A DNA stretch of 64,000 nucleotides, taken from assembly GCA_009691445.1 (NCBI GenBank), contig SICL01000004.1, positions 30,708 to 94,707 on the forward strand. Direction: 5' to 3'. Position 1 is the stretch's first letter. Each line of letters opens with the position of its first letter. The notes beneath the pieces are model-generated. The model had not been told where the DNA came from. It was given only the letters and a program-made list of their open reading frames with translations, and did not search any database. Made by a program: the position numbers and the translations under genes. Below, piece by piece: positions 34,439 through 44,724 of the stretch. This DNA comes from Candidatus Taenariivivens baikalensis (GTDB lineage: Bacteria > Omnitrophota > Omnitrophia > Omnitrophales > Aquincolibacteriaceae).

Positions 34439-35947
34439 ATGATGCTAAAACCCGAAGAAGTTACACAAGCAATTCAGGATGAAATCAAAAAATACAGCTC
34501 CAAACTTGAAATGGAGTCCGTGGGTTATGTGCTTCAAGTCGGCGATGGCATTGCGCGCGTCTACGGTCTGGATCAGGTCATGGCCAATGAAATGGTCACC
34601 TTTCCCGATCAAACCATTGGGCTGACCCTGAACCTCGAGCCCGACAATATCGGAATCGTGATCCTGGGACCGGACCGTAATATCAAAGAAGGCGACCAAG
34701 TCAAACGCACGGGCCAGATCGCCCAAGTACCCGTCGGAATCGAACTGCTTGGCCGCATTATTAATCCCTTAGGATTGCCGTTGGATGGTAAGGGGCCAAT
34801 CACGTCAACTAAGAACCGCCCGCTTGAAACCGTTCCTCCTTCCGTGATTCGCCGCCAGCCCGTTAAAGAACCTCTACAAACAGGAATCAAGGCCATCGAT
34901 GCCATGATCCCAATTGGACGCGGGCAACGTGAACTCATTATCGGCGACCGGCAAACCGGAAAAACCGCCATCTTGATTGACACGATCATCAATCAAAAAA
35001 ATTCTGGTGTTTTTTGTATTTATGTCGCCATCGGCCAGAAACTTTCCAGTGTCGTTGCCCTGGCACAAACACTTGAAAAGCACGGCGCTATGGCATACAC
35101 CACGATCGTCTGCGCTTCATCGGATGACGCGGCTCCGCTTCAATACTTGGCTCCGTACGCCGGATGCGCCATTGGGGAAGAGTTTATGTATACAGGTAAA
35201 CACGCGCTCGTGGTCTACGACGATCTCTCCAAACACGCCGTGGCTTACCGCGAACTCTCACTTCTCTTGCAGCGTCCTCCCGGCCGTGAAGCCTATCCGG
35301 GTGATGTGTTTTATCTTCACTCCCGTCTTCTTGAGCGCGCGGCAAAAATGCGGGAAGATTTGGGTGGCGGATCTCTCACCGCGCTTCCCGTCATTGAAAC
35401 TCAGCTTGGCGACGTGTCGGCTTATATCCCCACCAATGTAATTTCAATTACCGATGGTCAGATTTATTTGGAAAGTGATTTATTCTATTCGGGGGTGCGT
35501 CCTGCCATTAACGTGGGTCTTTCGGTATCCCGTGTCGGCGGAAACGCTCAGACTAAAGCCATGAAGCAAGTCGCGGGGACGCTTCGTCTCGCGCTCGCCC
35601 AGTACCGTGAACTGGCGGCCTTCGCGCAACTCTCCACGGATCTTGATCAGACCACCAAGGATCAGCTTATCCGCGGAGAGCGCATGGTGGAAATCTTGAA
35701 ACAGGGTGTTTTTCAACCGCTTCCGTTTGAAAAACAGGTGATGATCATTTTTGCCGCCAATATCGGCGCACTTGATGATATCCCGCTCGCCAAGCTCAAG
35801 GACTTTGAGACGGGCCTTTACCCGTTTATCACAAAAAACTACCCCGACGTAGAACACAAAATCCAAAAAGAAAAGGCCCTGAGCGATGCCCTTAAGGCCA
35901 CCCTCACGGAAGCCATTAAGAAATACAAAGGACAACTGACCCAATAA
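34439..35947 (+). CDS. atpA: ATP synthase F1 subunit alpha
   Basis: The ORF has the Walker A GDRQTGKT and a 502-aa alpha-family sequence. Confidence 0.98.
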   Translation: MMLKPEEVTQAIQDEIKKYSSKLEMESVGYVLQVGDGIARVYGLDQVMANEMVTFPDQTIGLTLNLEPDNIGIVILGPDRNIKEGDQVKRTGQIAQVPVGIELLGRIINPLGLPLDGKGPITSTKNRPLETVPPSVIRRQPVKEPLQTGIKAIDAMIPIGRGQRELIIGDRQTGKTAILIDTIINQKNSGVFCIYVAIGQKLSSVVALAQTLEKHGAMAYTTIVCASSDDAAPLQYLAPYAGCAIGEEFMYTGKHALVVYDDLSKHAVAYRELSLLLQRPPGREAYPGDVFYLHSRLLERAAKMREDLGGGSLTALPVIETQLGDVSAYIPTNVISITDGQIYLESDLFYSGVRPAINVGLSVSRVGGNAQTKAMKQVAGTLRLALAQYRELAAFAQLSTDLDQTTKDQLIRGERMVEILKQGVFQPLPFEKQVMIIFAANIGALDDIPLAKLKDFETGLYPFITKNYPDVEHKIQKEKALSDALKATLTEAIKKYKGQLTQ

Positions 35948-36070
35948 CCAAGATCCAAGAAACAATAACCAAAGAATGACCAAATTCCAAATTTTCAATT
36001 TTTTATTTGAAATTTTAATGATTGATTATTGTTTGGTGTTTGTATCTTGGTGATTGGTTATTAGAACACT
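35948..36070. repeat. Family-B long imperfect hairpin (CCAAG/CCAAAT-rich arm then TTGG/ATTTGG-rich arm) between atpA and atpG
   Basis: The inverted-repeat arms are read directly from the sequence. Related copies lie at 38469-38560 and 62594-62685. Confidence 0.7.
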
Positions 36071-36988
36071 ATGTCAGGCAAATTAAGAGAACTCAAAAAC
36101 CGGATCCGCAGCGTTGAGAATACAAAAAAGATCACGCGTGCGATGGAAATGGTAGCGGCCTCCAAGCTGCGCCGCTTTCAGACCCTGATGTCCCAAGCCC
36201 GTCCCTACACACTGGGATTGGAAAGCCTGCTGAAGCGCTTGAACCAGAATCTGCCTTCCAAGAGTCATCCTTTTTTTGAATCTCGGGAAGAAAAAAAAAT
36301 CGGTGTGGTTTTGATGACTTCGGATTCTGGACTCTGCGGTTCGTACAATCTTGATCTGCTGGAACATACGCGGGATTTTCTCCGTGAAAATAAATCAGAA
36401 AAAATATGGATTGGAGTGGGCAAGGCCGGCATTGCTGAACTGCGACGTCTTGGTTGCAAGATTCATAAGGAGCTGATTGAAATTCGGCCAGCGCGGTTCG
36501 ATGAGATTTTGAACGACCTCAAATCGATGCTCGAATCTCTTTTCCTGAGCAGGCAGGTGGACGCGGTTTATGTGATCTACAGTCACTCGTTGACGTCTTC
36601 AAGCTTTGCGGATGTTACCGAGAAACTGTTGCCGCTGGCCCAACCCGCCTCTACGCCCGTCATCGCGAACGAAGAGAAGCAATCTAACGCCGTTATTGCT
36701 CCTCGCAATGACAAAGAGCAAGACGTGGATTATATCTTTGAACCTTCGCCGGCATTTATTTTTGATAAGCTAATTCCGCTTTATTTTGAGTCTAAAGTAA
36801 GACAAGTGTTTCTCGAAGCCATCGTCTCCGAGCAGATTGCCCGTATGACGGCCATGCACGCCGCCACGCAAAACGCCAAAGAGATGATCAGCTCGCTTGT
36901 CTTGGAACGCAACAAAGCGCGCCAGGCTTCGATCACTAAAGAAATTATTGAGATTGTGTCGGGCTCTCAAGCCCTAAAAATAAAGTGA
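36071..36988 (+). CDS. atpG: ATP synthase F1 subunit gamma
   Basis: The gamma-family N- and C-terminal coiled-coil helices are present (MSGKLRELKNRIRSVENTKKITRAMEMVAASKLRR...). Confidence 0.95.
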   Translation: MSGKLRELKNRIRSVENTKKITRAMEMVAASKLRRFQTLMSQARPYTLGLESLLKRLNQNLPSKSHPFFESREEKKIGVVLMTSDSGLCGSYNLDLLEHTRDFLRENKSEKIWIGVGKAGIAELRRLGCKIHKELIEIRPARFDEILNDLKSMLESLFLSRQVDAVYVIYSHSLTSSSFADVTEKLLPLAQPASTPVIANEEKQSNAVIAPRNDKEQDVDYIFEPSPAFIFDKLIPLYFESKVRQVFLEAIVSEQIARMTAMHAATQNAKEMISSLVLERNKARQASITKEIIEIVSGSQALKIK

Positions 36989-37010
36989 GGCGTCTTTCGT
37001 GAAGCGTTAA

Positions 37011-38468
<1,458 letters not shown>

Positions 38469-38560
38469 GACCTGGCAAATTCCAAATCTTAAGCACCAAA
38501 TACCAAGTCCTTGTTTGAGATTTGAAATTTGTTTTTTGGATGTTGTTTGGAATTTAGGAT
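38469..38560. repeat. Family-B long imperfect hairpin between atpD and atpC
   Basis: The AAATTCCAAAT... arm and ...TTGGAATTT arm are read directly from the sequence. It is followed by a U-rich tract and the atpC ATG. Confidence 0.7.
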
Positions 38561-38581
38561 TTGGTTCTTGGAATTTATTTT

Positions 38582-38845
38582 ATGAATAACAATTTTCATC
38601 TTAAAGTTGTTACCCCCAAAGGTCCGGCGCTGGAAGAGGACGTCCTGTATGCTTTGCTTCCCGATGAGCGGGGTTTCGTGGGGGTGTTGACGAATCACGC
38701 TCCGTTTGTGATTTCTTCTCCCGGAGGAAAAATGGTGCTGCGGCTCAAGGACGGTCAGGAAAAGACCTATCAGATCGGCGCGGGTTTTTTTGAAGTGGCT
38801 CACAACCAAGCTGTGTTTCTCGCACAATCCTTTCAGGGAGTGTAA
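38582..38845 (+). CDS. atpC: ATP synthase F1 subunit epsilon, truncated form with beta-sandwich domain only
   Basis: The 87-aa ORF starting at the ATG (MNNNFHLKVVTPKGP...) matches the epsilon N-terminal domain. The C-terminal two-helix inhibitory domain is absent because nuoJ starts right after the stop. Confidence 0.85.
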   Translation: MNNNFHLKVVTPKGPALEEDVLYALLPDERGFVGVLTNHAPFVISSPGGKMVLRLKDGQEKTYQIGAGFFEVAHNQAVFLAQSFQGV

Positions 38846-39343
38846 TTGGACGCTTTTATTTTTTATTTCTTTGGCGGCCTCGCCGCAGTAAGCGCCCTTG
38901 CCGTGATCCTGCTTCGCCAGCCCGTGCGTGCCCTGCTCTCCCTGATTGTAACCATGATCTCTTTATCCGTTCTTTATCTCAGTCTGGGCGCGCCCTTTGT
39001 CGCGATGGTGAATCTGATTGTGTACGCGGGCGCGGTGTTGGTGCTTTTTCTCTTCGCCATCATGCTTCAGGGAATCGGAGCCCGGGAAATTGATCTGGGA
39101 AAGCGTTTTCATCCGGCCTTTATTCCTGGCGTGATTTTAACGATTTCTTTTTTTGATTTTGGATTTCTTAAACTTATTCGCCGGTTTCCAGAACTTCATT
39201 TCCAGGATGTCGCAGGCTCCGCACGCCAGGTGGGAAAAACACTTTTCACGCAGTACCTGCTTCCCTTTGAACTCGTTTCGATTCTTCTGATCCTGGCCAT
39301 TTTAGCGGCAGTGGCCTTGGCCAAGAGAGAGGATTCAGCATGA
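38846..39343 (+). CDS. nuoJ: NADH-quinone oxidoreductase subunit J
   Basis: The NuoJ/ND6-like TM protein has a TTG start that immediately abuts the atpC TAA stop (taaTTG). Confidence 0.85.
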   Translation: MDAFIFYFFGGLAAVSALAVILLRQPVRALLSLIVTMISLSVLYLSLGAPFVAMVNLIVYAGAVLVLFLFAIMLQGIGAREIDLGKRFHPAFIPGVILTISFFDFGFLKLIRRFPELHFQDVAGSARQVGKTLFTQYLLPFELVSILLILAILAAVALAKREDSA

Positions 39344-39642
39344 TCACACCCCTTCATTATTTGGGACTAGCCGGGATTCTATTTTCAATCGGACTTCTCG
39401 GGCTAATTATCCGCCGCAATATTCTTTTAGTTTTACTTTCCGTGGAACTGATGCTGAATGCAGCAAACCTGGTCTTTGTCACCGGCGCTCATATCCACGG
39501 ACAAGTGAACGGCCAGGTGCTTGCTTTTTTTGTGATGGTGATCTCGGCCGCGGAAGTAACGATCGGGCTTGCCCTCACGGTTTTACTATTTCGGAAACAA
39601 GATTCGGTGGATACCAATGAGATCCGCTGTTTGAAAGGATAA
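39340..39642 (+). CDS. nuoK: NADH-quinone oxidoreductase subunit K
   Basis: The 100-aa 3-TM NuoK/ND4L family ORF has the conserved Glu in LLSVELMLNAANL. Confidence 0.9.
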   Translation: MITPLHYLGLAGILFSIGLLGLIIRRNILLVLLSVELMLNAANLVFVTGAHIHGQVNGQVLAFFVMVISAAEVTIGLALTVLLFRKQDSVDTNEIRCLKG

Positions 39643-39653
39643 AAGAGCAGGAT

Positions 39654-41510
39654 ATGCTTACATTGGCCTGGACAATACTATGGATTCCGTTCATTGCGGC
39701 GGTCTTGATCACACTCTTCCTGCTCAATAAGCCGCGCGCGGCTGGCTGGCTGGCCACGGGCGTCCTCTTTGCGGGATTTATCTGCACACTTAGGATCTTG
39801 TCTCATGCCCAGTTTGAATCCTTGAACCATTCCCCTCTTGAGTCTTCCATTGTATGGCTCTCTCTCGGCGGACACGGCGTCATTGAATTCGGAATCCTGC
39901 TCAACGGCCTCTCGATTTTGATGCTCCTGATTGTCACCGGCATCGGCAGTCTGATTTTTCTCTACTCCATTTCCTATATGAAAGAAGACAAAAGCGCAGG
40001 CCGCTATTTCGCCTGCCTTTCGCTTTTTGCTTTTTCGATGCTGGGCATTGTCCTTGCAAACAATTTGGTCCAGGTCTTTATCTTCTGGGAATTAGTTGGA
40101 CTGAGCTCTTACCTTCTCATCGGATTTTGGTATGAAAAAGATTCTGCGGCGATGGCAGGGAAAAAAGCTTTTCTCACCAATCGCGTCGGCGACATCGGGA
40201 TGATGATTGGAATCCTTCTTCTGTTTCATCAAATCGCCACAAATCACATTGGTTCCGTAAATTTCCTGACACTGGAAGGGCGACTTCCTCATGCCGGAAT
40301 TTCCGAGGGAATGCTGGCGGCCATCTCGCTTTTAATCTTTTGCGGCGTGATGGGAAAATCCGCCCAGGTTCCGCTTCATGTCTGGCTTCCCGACGCCATG
40401 GAAGGTCCCACGCCCGTCAGCGCGCTGATGCATGCCGCCACCATGGTCGCCGCTGGAGTTTTCCTTCTTGCCCGTCTCTATTTTCTTTTTGCCGCCAGCC
40501 CCTCAGCGCTTCACATTATTGCCTGGATCGGCGTCGTGACTGCTTTTCTGGCCGGAACGATGGCTCTGGTGCAAAACGATATTAAAAAAATCCTCGCCTA
40601 TTCCACGTTAAGTCAACTCGGATACATGGTCATGGCCATTGGTCTTGCCGACCGCAATGCCGGAATGTTTCATCTCACCACGCATGCTTTTTTCAAAGCC
40701 TTGCTTTTTCTCGCAGCCGGCAGTCTCATTCACGGCATGCACACCCAGGACATCTGGGAAATGCGCCGCTTTCCAAAAACCCTCAAACACATGCTTGTCA
40801 CGAGCTTCACATTTTTGATGGGCACTCTGGCGCTGATGGGAATTCCTCCTTTCAGCGGCTACTTCAGCAAAGAGGAGATTTTAAGCGCGGCCACGCACGG
40901 CCCCAAACTTCTCCTTATCATCGCTCTAAGCGTTGTCTTCTTGACGGCTTTTTATATGGGCCGGCTTTGCACGATTGTCTTTTTTAGCCAAACCGCCAAA
41001 GAGGAACATCATCACGCGCATGAATCCGACGGCTTCATCCTGTTCCCTCTCGCAGTCTTGGCTGTCTTTTCCATCGCCGGGGGATATTTACCCATAAAGG
41101 AAATACTGGGCCACAGCGCACACGCCGCCGCTCATCATGGAGGAAATCTTCTCGCCATTATTTCCGTTTCCCTCGGCCTGATCGGATTTGGAACAGCTTT
41201 TCTGGTCTTCCGAAAAGCTCAAGGGCCCGTGCTTGGCGAAAATTCATTTCCCTCTATCGTTCTGGACCACAAATACTTTTTTGATGAGCTTTATGACGAT
41301 CTAATCCGGTATGGCCAGGAATCCATCGCGACTTTTTCAGACGCGTTTGAACGCCATGTCGTCGTTCAATTTGCCTCCAATGGCACAGCCTCAGCAGCCC
41401 GCTCGCTGGGACAGCTTTTATCCCGGCTTCAAACCGGCGTGGTTCAGTTTTATGCTTTGGTCTTTGCCGTCGGTGTAACGGTTTTAGTGTTTTTGTTAAT
41501 GTTACGGTGA
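39654..41510 (+). CDS. nuoL: NADH-quinone oxidoreductase subunit L
   Basis: The 618-aa antiporter-like subunit carries the C-terminal long amphipathic helix extension characteristic of NuoL. Confidence 0.9.
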   Translation: MLTLAWTILWIPFIAAVLITLFLLNKPRAAGWLATGVLFAGFICTLRILSHAQFESLNHSPLESSIVWLSLGGHGVIEFGILLNGLSILMLLIVTGIGSLIFLYSISYMKEDKSAGRYFACLSLFAFSMLGIVLANNLVQVFIFWELVGLSSYLLIGFWYEKDSAAMAGKKAFLTNRVGDIGMMIGILLLFHQIATNHIGSVNFLTLEGRLPHAGISEGMLAAISLLIFCGVMGKSAQVPLHVWLPDAMEGPTPVSALMHAATMVAAGVFLLARLYFLFAASPSALHIIAWIGVVTAFLAGTMALVQNDIKKILAYSTLSQLGYMVMAIGLADRNAGMFHLTTHAFFKALLFLAAGSLIHGMHTQDIWEMRRFPKTLKHMLVTSFTFLMGTLALMGIPPFSGYFSKEEILSAATHGPKLLLIIALSVVFLTAFYMGRLCTIVFFSQTAKEEHHHAHESDGFILFPLAVLAVFSIAGGYLPIKEILGHSAHAAAHHGGNLLAIISVSLGLIGFGTAFLVFRKAQGPVLGENSFPSIVLDHKYFFDELYDDLIRYGQESIATFSDAFERHVVVQFASNGTASAARSLGQLLSRLQTGVVQFYALVFAVGVTVLVFLLMLR

Positions 41511-41650
41511 CTTAAAGAGGGAAGAAAAGGGATGAAGATGAAAAAGGAAGAAGGTGGAAGAAGAGGGAGAAATCTTTTTTCGTTTTTTAATTCCTTCTTT
41601 TCCCCTGTTCTTCCTTCTTGTTACACCTTTTTCCCTTCGGGAATAACTTT
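41511..41650. repeat. A 57-nt polypurine tract followed by a T-run and a roughly 50-nt polypyrimidine tract, forming an imperfect long hairpin or triplex-prone mirror between nuoL and nuoM
   Basis: Plus-strand aagagggaagaaaagggatgaagatgaaaaaggaagaaggtggaagaagagggagaaa is followed by ttccttcttttcccctgttcttccttcttgttacaccttttcccttc. Confidence 0.7.
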
Positions 41651-43105
41651 ATGATTCTCTTATTGCCCTGGATTCCTTTTTTGGCCGCGTTTCTCATTAT
41701 GTTAGCGCCGCGGGAAAAAGAATTTCTTCATAAACAAATTGCGGTAACAAGCTGTGCCGTGAATTTCGCGATCGTCCTTTGGCTCATCTTCCATTTTCAC
41801 CCGGAAGTCCCGGGTTATCAGTTTGCTCATCGTTACCCTTGGATTCCCTTTTTAGGCATTCATTATCAGGTCGGGTTGGACGGCATCAACATGACGCTTT
41901 GCCTGCTCCACGCATTGGTGTCTTTTACCGGAGCGATTGTCAGCTGCTGGCCCAAGGACCGGATGAAAGAATATCTTTGTTTTTACCTCATCCTGACTGG
42001 TGCCATTTACGGCGTCTTTACGGCGCTCGATGTGTTTCAGCTCTACCTTTTCTATGAGCTTACTTTGATTCCGCTTTATCCGATGATCGTGATCTGGGGA
42101 AGTAAAAATAAAGCTTACGGCGCCATGAAGCTGACTTTGTTTATTACCGGCGGCGCGATGCTGGCCCTTTTTGGAATCTTGATCCTTTACCGCAATCTTG
42201 GTCTGCAGAGCTTTGACCTGCTCGAGATGCGAAAAAATATCGAGATCCTGCCCATGAATCCAGGTACGGTCCATGGATTGGCCGGAATTTTCCTGGTGGG
42301 ATTTGGCGTGATCGCTTCCTTGTGGCCACTGCACAGTTGGTCGCCGATTGGTTACGCGGCTGCGCCAACCTCCGTCAGCATGCTTCACGCAGGAGTGCTC
42401 AAAAAAATGGGACCCTATTTAATGCTGCGTCTTGCCGTCGCTCTGCTTCCGGACGGCGTTCACTACTGGGCCAATACCCTTGCGGTTTTATCCTGCGTCG
42501 GTATCCTGTACGCGGGTTACGCCGCGGTCAAACAACAGGACCTTAAATTCATGATTGGTTTTTCCAGTGTCAGCCATATGGGTTATATCCTGCTTGCGAT
42601 AGCCGTCATGAATCAAGCCACGCTTTCCGGGGCCGTACTCCTCATGTTTTCTCACGGCGTTATGGCTGCGACCACATTTGCCTGCATTGGATTTATCTAT
42701 GAGCAAACACACGCCCGCGGAGTGAATGATTTCGGAGGGCTTGCTAAAAAAATCCCATTCATTTCCACCTGTTTGATTATGGCTTCCTTTGCTTCGCTCG
42801 GACTTCCTGGCTTTTCCAATTTTGTCGCAGAACTTCTGATCTTCTTTGGAAGCTGGTCGCAATATCCCATCATCGTGTCTCTGGCGATCTTTGGCGTATT
42901 TATCACCTCGCTTTATTTACTGCGGATGGTGAAATCCGTTTGCTACGGTGCAGAAAATCCTCGCTGGAGTTTGCTTCATGATGCCAGGACCATTGCCGAC
43001 AAACTGCCCTTTGTTATTCTCCTTGGAGCACTCATGCTTTTTGGATTTTGGCCTCAGGGCCTGCTTCGTATGATTCAGCCTGCGGTTGGAGCCCTGCTCT
43101 CATGA
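41651..43105 (+). CDS. nuoM: NADH-quinone oxidoreductase subunit M
   Basis: This is an antiporter-like NuoM/ND4 family ORF. The ATG at 41651 (MILLLPWIPF) is preferred over the track's upstream TTG, which lies inside the pyrimidine tract. Confidence 0.88.
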   Translation: MILLLPWIPFLAAFLIMLAPREKEFLHKQIAVTSCAVNFAIVLWLIFHFHPEVPGYQFAHRYPWIPFLGIHYQVGLDGINMTLCLLHALVSFTGAIVSCWPKDRMKEYLCFYLILTGAIYGVFTALDVFQLYLFYELTLIPLYPMIVIWGSKNKAYGAMKLTLFITGGAMLALFGILILYRNLGLQSFDLLEMRKNIEILPMNPGTVHGLAGIFLVGFGVIASLWPLHSWSPIGYAAAPTSVSMLHAGVLKKMGPYLMLRLAVALLPDGVHYWANTLAVLSCVGILYAGYAAVKQQDLKFMIGFSSVSHMGYILLAIAVMNQATLSGAVLLMFSHGVMAATTFACIGFIYEQTHARGVNDFGGLAKKIPFISTCLIMASFASLGLPGFSNFVAELLIFFGSWSQYPIIVSLAIFGVFITSLYLLRMVKSVCYGAENPRWSLLHDARTIADKLPFVILLGALMLFGFWPQGLLRMIQPAVGALLS

Positions 43106-44559
43106 TGAACCTTCGCTATCTCTTACCAGAATGGGTGGCGCTAGGTGTCTTTATTCTTCTACTCATCGCGGAGATTCTCAAGGGTGATGTAAAACATCCG
43201 GACGCTCAGAATATCCGCTCTTTTTGTATCACGAGTCTTCTGGGAAGCATCCTTGTCTGCATATCGACTTTGCTCTTCTTGAAAAAAACAGGGACGGCCT
43301 TTGGCGATTCATTTATCGTGGATCCGCTCTCCGCATTTTTTAAACTATTTTTCATCTTGACGCTTTTTATGATGATTCCGATCAGCTATGCCTTCTTTAA
43401 CAAACGCCGTGAACGTCTTGAAACATTTCTACTCATTCTCTGGTGCACCCTGCTTGGGATGTTTTTCCTGGCCTCGGCCAACGATCTCTTTGTCCTGTTT
43501 CTGTGCATTGAAATTATCACGCTGTCGTTTTATATAATGGCTGCCTATCTCAAGCACGAACTTCCCTCAATTGAATCAGGCCTGAAATACCTGATCATCG
43601 GATCGCTCGCCTCTGCTTTTCTGGTCTTTGGGATTGCTCTGATCTACGCAGCCGTGGGATCCACAAATCTTCCTGTCCTTCATCAGGCATTTGTGGCTCA
43701 CCCCGGTGACCGAATGCTGGTGCTTGGCATGCTCTTCATTATTGCCGGCCTTGGTTTCAAAATCGGCGCTGTGCCGTTTCATCTCTGGGTTCCGGATGTT
43801 TATGAAGGCGCTCCGATTCCAACCGTAGCCTTCCTTTCCGTCGGATCCAAGGCCGCTGGAATTTTTGTCCTGCTCCGCCTTCTCTTCCAGGTTTTTGTTC
43901 TAACCGACAGCCAGCGCGCACTGCTTTTCTCTACACTCTCGGCCCTGACCATGATTTGCGGAAATTTTGGAGCTCTAAAACAAACCAGCCTCAAACGGCT
44001 TTTGGGATATTCGAGTATCGCTCACGCGGGTTATCTGCTCATTGGATTTGCGGTCGGATATAGCGGAGGTATCACCGGGGTGCTTTATTATTTGCTGGCT
44101 TACGCCGCGGCAAATCTCACGATCTTTCTTGTGATGGCGATTGTGGATCGGCACCTGCAAAGCGACCGGATCGAGGCTTACGCAGGTCTGGCACAGCGCT
44201 CGCCAATACTCGGCGCCTGTTTTTTTATTGCCCTGCTTTCTTTGGCCGGAGTTCCCGGCACCGCTGGATTTTTCGGAAAGTTTTTAATCCTGCTTGCGGC
44301 CGTCCATGGAGGTTTTCTATGGCTAACGCTTCTAGGTCTCGTGGGCGTCGTGGTCTCACTCTACTATTATTTAAGCGTCGTGCGTGTGATTTACGCGGAA
44401 GAACCGGCGTACGATGAAGCTATTCCAGTTCCTCTTTCCTACCGGCTCACTTTAATCCTTCTCGTGGGAGGAATTTTCGTACTCGGTCTTTTCCCGGCTC
44501 CGTTTCTTCTCGGGTGTTATCACACCGCCTTCATGCTTTTTCAGACTCCGCTGTCGTAA
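43102..44559 (+). CDS. nuoN: NADH-quinone oxidoreductase subunit N
   Basis: This is an antiporter-like NuoN/ND2 family ORF. The ATGATG start overlaps the nuoM stop, and the track's longer N-terminus is probably a read-through artefact. Confidence 0.85.
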   Translation: MMNLRYLLPEWVALGVFILLLIAEILKGDVKHPDAQNIRSFCITSLLGSILVCISTLLFLKKTGTAFGDSFIVDPLSAFFKLFFILTLFMMIPISYAFFNKRRERLETFLLILWCTLLGMFFLASANDLFVLFLCIEIITLSFYIMAAYLKHELPSIESGLKYLIIGSLASAFLVFGIALIYAAVGSTNLPVLHQAFVAHPGDRMLVLGMLFIIAGLGFKIGAVPFHLWVPDVYEGAPIPTVAFLSVGSKAAGIFVLLRLLFQVFVLTDSQRALLFSTLSALTMICGNFGALKQTSLKRLLGYSSIAHAGYLLIGFAVGYSGGITGVLYYLLAYAAANLTIFLVMAIVDRHLQSDRIEAYAGLAQRSPILGACFFIALLSLAGVPGTAGFFGKFLILLAAVHGGFLWLTLLGLVGVVVSLYYYLSVVRVIYAEEPAYDEAIPVPLSYRLTLILLVGGIFVLGLFPAPFLLGCYHTAFMLFQTPLS

Positions 44560-44724
44560 GGAATAAGGTTTTAGTTTTTTCATGACGGCTGCTGTCCCAT
44601 CTGTTCCTGCCAATTGTTTTTTGCTAATAATAACCGCCCTCATCTCCCCATAGTAGCTGCTCTAAATGCACTAATTGCACTAAATTTGCAATTTGCTTCG
44701 AATGTGCTACCGTTTGATTAGCGT

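Noticed and set aside
38561-38581. The TTG start giving a 94-aa epsilon subunit
   Set aside because: The upstream TTG lies inside the family-B hairpin. The ATG at 38582 yields the canonical epsilon N-terminus.
41618-41650. The TTG-initiated N-terminal extension of nuoM (MLHLFPFGNNF)
   Set aside because: It lies inside the polypyrimidine tract and is out of keeping with NuoM N-termini. The downstream ATG gives MILLLPWIPF, typical of ND4/NuoM.
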